Source: Tubulanus polymorphus (Eukaryota; Animalia; Nemertea). Taken from it: a stretch of DNA of 64,000 bases. The notes beneath the pieces were generated by a model. The model did no database searches. It was not told the DNA's origin and saw nothing but the letters and a program-made list of their open reading frames with translations. How positions within the stretch are numbered: position 1 is the stretch's first letter; the number at the start of each line of letters is the position of its first letter. Below are positions 38,501-49,400 of this stretch, in pieces. The stretch is taken from NCBI RefSeq assembly GCF_964204645.1, contig NC_134025.1, positions 26,826,299 to 26,890,298 on the forward strand, written 5' to 3'. The position numbers were made by a program, and so were the translations under genes.

Positions 38501-41500
38501 CTATGATACAACTGGGCTCTCAAATATGGCATGCGTGGCATGGAGGGGAACCGTGCTCATTCGCCGTGCAGACATCTCCTTTGATCTCGCCAGCCATTCC
38601 TTTTTCTTTTCAAGAAACTCCTAGAAAAGCAAACAAAAGCGCGCGTCATGGAAGGGAGTATAGTACAAAATGACAGGGTTTTAAGCAATTTCGTAAGACA
38701 GTGTGTTTAGTGTTGTTCGTGTGTCGTGCAGGGTTTGTATATATTTTTTGTCGAGTACGAAGCCTCCAAGTTTTGATGCAGCAAGCAATCTCACAATCAA
38801 CCTCAGAGAGCTTTAAACAGGCAATAAATAGAACGAAACAGAGACAGAAGCCAGGCTAGCGAGAAGTCAAGGCAATAACTGGGTAACCCGCGCACATGCG
38901 CATTCCAGTTTACCTCGCTACGTCAATTTACTATGATTGTGTTTTTCTTGCTCGGCATTTTCCTTTTTTTCAGCCATTTGCTTCTTCTTCAGGCGCCGAA
39001 GCATATGCTGAAAAATGCAATCCATCACGACCTTGTTATGTCAGATCAAGTTATCACGCATTAGTTTAAATTGAGTAATTTAGATTAGGTTTTATAATCG
39101 TTACCATTCGAATTTAATAAATTTATCAGGTGGGGATGCGGGTGCAAAAAACGTAAGATCTTTTAAATCTATTGAGTCATTGTGTGCTTGTATTATCGGT
39201 GAACTTAATTCATAAAAATATTCGTTCGCACCAAGCTGTTATACTAGATAATTAATTATTTAGATGTGTTTAAAGACTTGATCATTTCACAGAAACTGGG
39301 TTGAAATAAAGTTTCTTTCATTTATAAACCATGCAGAATTGAATGAAGTAATACTGCACTATATTCATATATTATTGTTGAAGAAAACCACAGAAATAGA
39401 TATTGTTTAAGATAGAAATGAAAGGACCATGCTGAGAGAAAAGTATTCATGCTGCAGAAATATATGTTGTAGAATGTTTACTGTGACGTTAGTGGTTCTG
39501 ATAACTTTTAAACAGTGGATATGACAATGTATCATTTTCTTTCTGGTGATGGATCTAGATTTACTTTTTGTGTTTAAATCATCGGTTTCGTCTTTTGTTT
39601 CGCCGGCGAATTATAATTATTTTTTATTTTTGTGCTAGTGCTCAGGCAAAATCAGCAAAAAGTCACCTCATTCACACTTCAACTAATACCAACATAGCAT
39701 GGAAATCACATTTAGACTACCGTATGCTGTACCGGTATATAGTTTTATTAGTTCGATCATTCCTAATTTTGTAAGTTGACACACACTCTCGTCTGAGTTT
39801 AGAAAATGTATCAAATTTCTTTATTAACATTCGGTTTACAATTGCAGCCATGCAATCCGGAAACCTCTCATGCAATCAATGAGCAGAATGTATCATTATT
39901 CTACAATAAATTTCCTTAAATGTATATAATTTCTAATGCCGATAAGTAGCAACTGTCTTATGTCATTGTCGCTTGTTATTGCATTTTTATTAGATGATCC
40001 ACTAAGATACACTTCAAAATATATCATTATCTTATCGGGTAGTTTTGGACTCAATCGATTTTGCGACTGTCACGAAATTGCTCAAAATTCTGTTTTCATC
40101 TCTCGACGACCTTCCATGACGTCACGTATATATAAGTTCTTGATTAACCGTCATGCAGTTATTCTTAGATTATGAATTATCGGTAAAAGAAATAATAGAG
40201 CGAAGCAGCTTCACGATGAGTTAATGATGCGATGAACATGCGTTTGTTAATACGGGCATTTAAGGAAACGAAGTTTTCTTCGAGCACATGCTACATATAA
40301 ACGTCGAGCTTCACGAGCATATTGAACTCGGACAAACAGAATTAAACGTGGCGATAACGCAGGCTTTCTACTGCCTTGCATCTACGTGAATGAGTAAAAT
40401 ACATTCACCAGTCAGGATGTCTTCAAATTACTAAGACTCTTTTTCTTTTTTCAATTTTATCAAATGAAGGTCGACAAGATCCTGACAAGCGATCGAAGCG
40501 GGATCTATTATGATATCTGGATGCGAAATATATCAATCTATTCAATCCTATATCCGGATAAACGCTGTTATTTTTAACGAATGGCAACTCATTCGTCAAT
40601 AGCAAGTCTAACACTAATTATGATAAGCGGGATGTGAAAATCATATTTGTGAATCTATGCGTATCAGGAAAGCACTGTCTTACGAAATTACTTAAAAGAG
40701 AAACAATTGGATGCTATAAAGTGACGGAACAAAATAATCTTGTCGGTTTGTAGTGTCACTATTTTGACAAGTTTTCAAGATGAATGAAATTGCAATAATT
40801 CATATATAAACGATGAAGTAAATAGCAACTCAATGAAAGCAATATGATAAATAATATAAGGCTTATTCAATTAATGAAAGGAGATCAATAATAACAATAT
40901 AATAATAATGATAATATATATATACATAACAGTTATTACCCTGAACATGGTGGACTCCGAGAAGTTGGCGATAAGTCTTAGATCAAAAAAGATATACGTA
41001 TAGAGAGCACTAACATTTTTGGATTGCTTTCATTGAATTGAATACGTAATAATACAACACATAAACTACATACAGGCAATCGAGACATCGCTGTAACAAG
41101 ACTGGATGGCTCCGAGAGGTACGAAGCCAAAACCACCACCGTGATAAATAGTGAGGCATCGCTTTTGCATATCCCTCCACATACTCCGAATATTTCGAAT
41201 TACTTACCCTAAATTCTTTGTCCTTTTGCTTCATTTCTCTTCTTCTTTTGCATGCCTGAATTGCAGTAATTGAAATTCACTTGTAAACGATAAATGAATA
41301 AATAAAATGGTTACTTTCCGCGATTTCATGTGTTATACTCACATCGAAATACAGCCAAAATATGAATATGATGTGGCAAACTATGTACATGACAGCAAAC
41401 GATATAAATACATTTCGTTCTAACTGCAGTAACGGCCCATCATCCCAGTGGAAAAACAACATGACAACAGCGTGCCAGATACAAACAATGCATAGGATGA

Positions 41501-44500
41501 CCAGTGACAGCAAAACGTACTTGTCCTGAATCAAAAATCGTTTTCTAGTTATATACTAATCTCATGTTGTAAATACATTCTATTCTCTTTGTATTGATTT
41601 ATTTACGTACCATGTATGTTAGGTATGATATTTTTGGAAGACTTTGGTTGATAACAAACTTAAAAGCAACCGACGTTAAAAGCAGTGTGAAGGACAATTG
41701 TAATCGATTCTGTGGTAATCTCGGCTCGACGGCAAACGTGGCAAAAGACAAACCACTGATGAAAAACTGAAAGAAAGATGATACGAATTAGAAAAGAAAC
41801 AATTCTCAGAAGATTCGTATATTCATGAATAACACATAGAAGATCCGCCTTGCGCGTTTTGAAAGTGTATTTCACAGAAGACATGTCTTTTCGTCTATTC
41901 ACGGGTGATAAGGAGAACACTTAAGGGAAGGTGGTGTATTCTGAGAATGGTAAAGGAGCACACTCAAGTCCATGCAAATATCACAAAATATCAGTCATTA
42001 TATTTAATTATATTTGGGTAAAGTGGATAAAATAAGGTACACGTATGCTGTGGGTCTAGCGGTAACATTTATGTGGATTTATGTCTGTTATTCAATAGCG
42101 CTTGGCTTTCGACAAACGATAAGCTATTAACAACATTTTAAGCCATATGTAGGCCGTGTAGAAAATCTACCCATGAGTGCAACCAAAATCTGATTAAGGA
42201 AATGGTATAAAAACGTCAGCGCTGCTAATCGAATTTAGCAGTGTACACTTTCCTATGATTTGCTTCACCACAATCACTTCATTTGGTCATATTTTTGTCG
42301 ATAATCAAATCGGCTCGACTCAACAGGGTAAAACTTCAAACGGCGGCCGCAAACGTATTCCAAACGAAATACCATTTGAAATACAAAATAAACAAACAGC
42401 AACTTTTCTATCGGAATGTGTATAGATATGTATCAATTATATTGCATGCTTTTTAATTCCGCCGTGCATATAGCATGACAATTATTTCATAACTGACTGG
42501 AACCGCGTGAATTTGAACTGTTGTTAGAATATTTGTGGTGTATCTAATGTGATGATTTTCGTTCAGTTCTTATATTCTGTTCAGAGAATGGCATCAACAA
42601 GAGGTTTGATCATCTGAACTTATCGACGAAGTATAGGCGAAAATTAACGAGAATGTATCTATAGCCAAGCGTTTTAACAGTCAATAAACATCAAAATAAT
42701 AAATGCATAAAATATATACATATATAAAGATAAAGGCTATATCGACGAAGTCATGGCTCACATCCAGTAAGCGATTAATAGTAGTTTCAGCTTTTGACTT
42801 CGGTCCAGAATTTTAAGCAGAATAAAAACGTGGCATTCTATAAAACCGATGAACTAAACATATCGATCTCATCAAATCTGGACTTGCCATAACAAGAAAA
42901 ACGTTCCAGTAGAAATAACCGGGTCTTCTAGCTGCACGGCACATCACGGCTAGAGCGGGGTGGTTTTTGGTGCTGCTACTAAACTCGTTAGACATGGTTC
43001 TGCGTGTAACTTCAATGTGCTCATGGAGTTTCCACTCCTGGAATCATGTATTGATACAAGACGTTACTAAAATAAGTTCTACTATATCTAGTCACAAACA
43101 TTAATGAACGGGGATCGAATGAAACCGAAGAGCATAGATCTACCTGTTAGATCTGAATGCCAAAAAGAAGGACGGTAGGAAAACAGTCTCGTCCGGTTGG
43201 TAAAATCAATTCATCAATGCAACTCCTGATATAATCATTCAGGATAATATTAAATGGTATGACTTAAAATTTTTCATTTCTTATTGCCCTCAGTTTCACG
43301 CAACGCCGTTCATTTATAGTTATAATAAATACCATGATTAAAAAGACATTCCAGTAGAAATAGCCAGGTCTGCGCGCGGCTCTGCATGTCACCGATAAGG
43401 CAGGGTGATTACGACTGGATGTCGAAAACTCGTGTGTCATGACTCGCCGTGTGACTTCGATATGTTCATGAAGTCTCCATTCCTGAAATATTCACATCTC
43501 TTAACACAAAAACGGCCGACTCCGGGTGCATCGAACTACTTCGGTACACCGCTTTGACCTGGAATGCTTGGACCTATTGCAAAGAAAACTGGCTTCAGCC
43601 ACGGATATGTGCGGCATGACTATTCAAATAAGCAATATTTTGAATAAAGTCTAAAATCCCTGTAAGAGAAGTTACATTTCGATATTCAGCACAATAAATT
43701 GCAATATATATTTCCCACGGTGCGTGGAGGATTTGGCAATGAAGTACTTGTGGCTTTAGCCGAATACGAGTCTAAAGTTATTGATATGCATGCATATCTC
43801 GTGTGGTTTTTTAGTAATATAGAATTGAAGACTATGTCCAACAGCTTATCATAAATGTATAACTCGCTACCAAGTTGCTTAAGCTGTCAAAACGAACGCG
43901 ACTGAAGAGTTGTATTCTTTACATAAACATAAACGGCATTTTTTCGGACATCGAAGACTGAAGTTTTCTGATATTATTCTGATTATATCGTAATTCAAAG
44001 AAGTTTCAAGAATGCAAAACTTTAGAACATGAATGGTACGAAAGATCACGTATATCCGTCCATTTCGTACTGGGAATTCCGATGTTTAATGAACTGGTGA
44101 GTGTTAATGAATTTTCCCGCAGCTGCTTTGTATCAGTACATTTACACAAATTCACAATATGAACGCTAATACCGATATACCAACACTAACGATCCGTTAT
44201 TTATAGAGTTCGTTAATGCCTTGGTGCATCTCACGTGTACTTTGAAATCAAGACACTAATAAAATAAATTCTCCCGACACTTTTAAAATAAACTGGTTCT
44301 ATATGGTATATTTACCTGCTGGTCTACAAAGGTCTGTACGTTGATTCCGCTCATTTCGTTTTCATCTGGAATGATGTCGATTTCTGTATCCGGTCTCTCA
44401 GTAGTCATGGTTAAAGTGAGATCCTACGAAACATTCAGATAAATGCTTTAAGTTTGTCATTCGTAGGTTCCGTTACATTTATTAGAATTATCCAAATGTT

Positions 44501-46466
44501 TGACTGACAATAATAATTTGATTACATCCAGCAATGATACAAAGTGTTTGAACGCTTTTGTTCTCGAAATAGAGAATTGCCCCTCTTATATTATTTGATT
44601 GATTGATTTGATTTACTTTGATCTGAATGTTGTGTCCCTCACAAACCCACCACGTCTGCCGAAGCAGGGGTTTGGTTTTGAAATCCAAGTACAGATATAT
44701 TCGGATTTATATCTCACGTTATAGGCTGATTCTCGAACAAACAAATACGAGTTCGTTGGACAAATGGGTTGGCAAACTCTCACAAAATTATGAACTATCG
44801 GTATAGTATACTTTTCTTATAGTATACTTACTTGCAAATTTTTCCTAGGATATATAGAATATGCATAAGCTGAGTAATTACGTCAATCAAGGGAAGTGCA
44901 ATGCGACGCCATAATAGCCGTATATTTTCCCCATGGCATTGAATGGGAAATAATGTAAAATGATGCTGACAAAAGTCAGAAACATGTTTGAGACATCAAA
45001 CTTAGGAACAACAATTTCATTTTCATCGTTTTTAGTTGTTTCGGTACGCCGACTTCTATCTACTAATATTTTCTCTTCGGGCACACTTCAAGTCAGTGTT
45101 TAGAATTTCAGAATGGTTTCATTTCTAGTTTCACCAGATGTGCAGATGAAATACCCTTGAAGCAATAGAGTTTGTTAATAAATATGGTTTTGAATTTCAG
45201 ATCTTCAACCACAAAGCTTGACATTTTCGATTCTAACTTGTAGAACAGGTACGTAACTAGCGGTACTCATTGTCTAACCAGTCCGATGTTTCGATGAGAG
45301 AAGTTGTATCTATATATCAAACCTCAGAGTCGTTTGTTTATCTCCAGATCGCATATAGGATCCTAAGATCTGAAAACAGCCGTATTGGTTTTCTATGTTT
45401 TTGTAATTTCAGGAGAAGCGAATTGTAGCGTGTAATTCGGCTTGCTTCAGAGCGGTATTACCACCTAATTAACGTAATGATGTACTAAAGCGCGCTCTTT
45501 GTGGTTTCCTTCCAATTAGGATGCAACGAAGAATTATGACAACAAAGATTGTGGCTCAAGGGGAGGGCCGAATCTGATTCTTTCCTCGGTACGATGTACC
45601 GGTGAATGCGAGCGCAATTTTCTATATGGCATTTACGAGCAAAACAAGGGCTGAAATCAGCCAGTAGTATCTTCACAAAATTCAATCTGCCCATAGCTGT
45701 TGATCTAGTAACTATTTCCAATCAAACCTATTCAACTAACCTGGACGTCTAAGGGAAAATCGTTCAGTTCTAGATTCTCCAGGAATATTCCTTTTAACCG
45801 GCGCCTCTCCATTATATAGGCTTCATTCCTGTGATTCACAGTGGCAGTTAACCACGTGCTATCCTTTGTTTCGGTAATAACATTGTCTATATACAGCATT
45901 GGATTCCAATACTTGTCTAATTCTATATTTTTCAATTCCTGAAAAATAATGGGTTTTTTCAGTTTATTTAAATCAAAGAGAATATCTATTTTTCAAAATT
46001 TTCCCTCCCTGGGACGATATTTTCCTAAAAAATGATGGATTGAGTGGTATACGTACCTCTGGGTTTTTTCCGTCTAATTTCGGTTCTCGCCATTTCGCTT
46101 GAACGAATACGTCGGCGTTATACTGTTCTTTCAATGTGTCGATTTCTCCAATTTTCAAAAATACTACCCGTAGTTCAACTATAACCTGAGTGGAAAGAAC
46201 GATACATATGTATATTTTTATTAGTTTTGTTCAAAGCGTCAAAGCAATGCATTCGATGACGTCATCCATGATTTCGATGCGAACTTTATTATTAATGCTG
46301 TTGGAATTGATGGTAGTTCACGGGGTACAAGGAAAATCTGCGAAGCTGAATGACTACAAAGCACATTAACATGCGTAATATCCGTAATAATACTGCGATC
46401 GTAATTATACAATTCCGAGCAAGAAATCATAAAAAATACCTTTGCGACGGAAGACATCGTCTCCAT
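38501..46466 (-). CDS. Cys-less ('Pro-loop') pentameric ligand-gated ion channel subunit; first and last exons variable or uncertain
   Basis: Phase-0 exons: 46185-about 46057 (VIVELRVVFLKIGEIDTLKEQYNADVFVQAKWREPKL), about 45938-45741 (YWNPMLYIDN...FLENLELNDFPLDVQ), about 44423-44316, duplicated exon (RAARRPGYFYWNVFL), 41766-41611 (M1, M2 NRLQLSFTLLLTSVAFKF, SLPKISYLTYM), 41525-41343 (DKY, M3, M4), 41255-41208. The FPxD loop lacks both Cys. Confidence 0.9.
38679..40697 (-). repeat. 25-nt long-range inverted repeat (arms 40673-40697 and 38679-38703) in the pLGIC 3' region
   Basis: On the - strand: TTTTAAGTAATTTCGTAAGACAGTG and CACTGTCTTACGAAATTGCTTAAAA, giving 24 Watson-Crick pairs plus one U-G. 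Confidence 0.85.
42888..43037 (-). other. pLGIC duplicated exon B (150 nt, phase 0-0, GC donor)
   Basis: ttccag|EWKLHEHIEVTRRTMSNEFSSSTKNHPALAVMCRAARRPGYFYWNVFLVM|gcaagt. Confidence 0.85.
43333..43482 (-). other. pLGIC duplicated exon A (150 nt, phase 0-0)
   Basis: tttcag|EWRLHEHIEVTRRVMTHEFSTSSRNHPALSVTCRAARRPGYFYWNVFLIM|gtattt. Confidence 0.88.
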
Positions 46467-49400
46467 TCATTAAACTCTATGGGGAATGAAAGTTAAATGT
46501 GGATGATTAGACGGGAATATTATGAATAATCAAAGGGTAAACTTGTCCCAATTTCCGGCCGACATTAGGTGAACACACTTATTCTACGATAACAGGCTTT
46601 ACTTGCCCATCCGATAAAGAGGATTTACTCGCTACATCGACAACGTGTTTCATCAACGAAACATCTCGATGTGGTCGATTGTCGAAATGAAGTTGATGGA
46701 TAAACCCCCTCATTCGATGGGAGCAACAGAGCGACCGTATTTCTTTGAGTTGTCAGTTGTTTTATTCTGCTTGTCAGCGCATTCTTCTACAGTTCTAATC
46801 TACTTGTCAGAACCGAAGTGCAGATATAATAATGTTTGGATTAAGGTCGACGTCCAGTCATTCAACGGCTGATTTTTTTCTTATACGTGTCATCTAACGC
46901 ACAATCCATAATATGAAAGATTTCTTGTGGTTCGGAAAAAATCGACTCGAGGAGCTGGCCATATACCTTCACTCTTATTAGTATTCAAGCGGTGGACGGC
47001 TCTAGCTAATGAAAGCGCATTTGACCATCACAGATGACAGCTAATAATCTATATTTCTTGAGTTGGCTTGTTCGACTTTGATCCGACGAGTAACAACCGT
47101 GAATTCCATAATCTGATTGAATATCGTTTTGTAGCCAAAATATACAGTAGCGGGTTGCCCGAAATGTATGTAATACTGATACATGAGATATATATGTCGC
47201 TGTGGAGGGGATCCATGCCGTGACACTTGTAGTAAGAACTGTAATTTAGGTAATGAAATGATTTACCAAGCTAATGACAGACGTTTTTTCCGATACTGTC
47301 ACTAGAGCTGTTAGCACGCTAGGCTATCGTTCGCATTTACTTTTCATCGTATTACACCTAATAATGATTGATGAAAATGACTGCGAAATATTGCCTTTGA
47401 TATTGCCACCCACCGTCGTATCTGTGTTTTCTTTATTCGATGACTTGATTAAGGTGTTTACCTTCAAGCTATAAATCGGAAAGCTTCACACATTAAGAAT
47501 ATCTTCTTCAAACGTGCGTGGAGCCTTTTCAACTATAGTTTCAGGCGTATCATTTATAGACAGATATCGACTCGTGCGTGAAGCTAAAGTAAATTAACTA
47601 TACGAGAATGAAGTACTGAACAAACATTTACCATTAAGTTTTCTAGTTGATTATATAAGGTGTATCCACTAAAACGTAGTTACAACGAAGGCTTGATGGA
47701 GACCCTCAATCTTACTTATCGTAATCTTACTCCTCTCATTAATCTATTCCGTGGAACCTTTCCGAAATTACACATGCAGTTTGTCAACATCATTCCAGTC
47801 ACGGTGTACGGTTTTGTTGAAATTGCTCATAAAGCGGCTTCTGAAATCTCGATTGAACGGTTTACGGAGCTGTTGCGCGGGGATTTCTCTGGTTCCTGTG
47901 GTGATCCGGTGTATTTACTTTCAGATAAGTAATCGCAGGCGATTTGGAGACGTTGCTAGTTGCGATAAATACCCGTAATGCCTTCGGAGGATATTTGTGT
48001 GTAACAACCGATGCAAACATTATATCTATCATTACTGAAAAAAATGCCTTTTCCACATTCATCACGCGCTTTCCGTATCTTATCTTGGGAATACGCGAGA
48101 TCTGGGAAAATAAGATCTCTCCGAAATCATGCAAATAGAGTTGTGCGTTAGCGCTTGTAAAATCTGTTATCTCGTGAACTCCATGCATTTCATTTTTAAA
48201 GTTGTATCGCTACTTACGCACGAGGGAAACTTTGGCTTACACGAGAATTCAACCCCTTGTAGTTACGTCATACAAACTGAACATATCTTAAAGATAAATT
48301 GAATTTCTAGGGCATTCTACGCAAGATCATACCCTCCCCCACGAATACAACGTCATTGCTACGATAAACAACAATCGTGGAACATTAATGAAACATCGAT
48401 GCGTATAACGGAAATCCGGGTTGGGAGTGAATTCTATTCTGAAAATCGACGACCGCTAAATAATTCCACGACAAAACCAAGTGAACGGTCGCAAAGTAAA
48501 GATCTATCATCTAACTATTTTCTGCAAGACGACCACATCTTTCTCCCCGAATGCTTCTGCTAATTGGAAACAAAAACATTGTAACACAGTTCCACAGTTG
48601 ACATAAGATTATTCATTGCAATTATTTTTAATCAACTTGTGGAGCTGGCTCAATAGCCAGTGGTATATTCACGACATATATCTTAGCATTCCTTTTTTGT
48701 TAGCCTATCTAATGGATTAAGACTTCATGTTTAGGTCGATTTAGCGTTACCCTACATCTGTGGAACTGGAGCACCATGTGTAATGGAGACGTGGTCGTCT
48801 TGGTGGTTATCTACTAATGGCTTACTTGGTGACTAGGGGCTTGTTTGTTGCAATGGTCTGGATCAAGCATCCGAAATATCTATAAAAAAACAACGTCATT
48901 ATAACGGATTCTTCTGAATCTAAAGCAATAGAAACGTGCACATTATTTCTATTCCAATGAACTTTTAGTAGCGTTTGCAATTATTTCCAGCTTTGTGACG
49001 AATCTAACCTTACAGTTAATCATTTGATACCATAGATGAAAACTATTACTATCTGCAGGTTCAATTATTGAAAAGAATGGTTAAATGTTATTGATGGTTG
49101 TAGGGTGTATCTATCTATATAGGGTTAATGGTGAATGGGGAGAAAATCAGATTCAAAATTCGGCTATCTTTGTATTATTAGTTACTATATAAACTAACTG
49201 ACTAAATTAGGAGAAATTAAAAGGTCGAAATAAAATGATTGCCAAAAGTTTTATCCGACTTTTTAGCTTACAATCCAACCACGGCTTATGTTACGATACT
49301 TCGACGATATCCTCGTGGAGTCACTGTTTAGAAGATGATTGCCATTTGCCTTTGAAAGATATATGCTTTAGTAATGATATTGGCTATTTGAGTTGGCTCA

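Noticed and set aside
43589-43763. Imperfect inverted repeat (ggcttcagccac / gtggctttagcc) upstream of exon A as an exon-selector
   Set aside because: Only about 10 of 12 matches and no competing partner near exon B was found; too weak to call.
44829-45721. ORFs 44887-45084 and 45485-45721 and a possible cassette near 44829-44866 inside a channel intron
   Set aside because: No phase-0 acceptor/donor pair preserving frame and no pLGIC similarity; poison exons cannot be excluded without RNA data.
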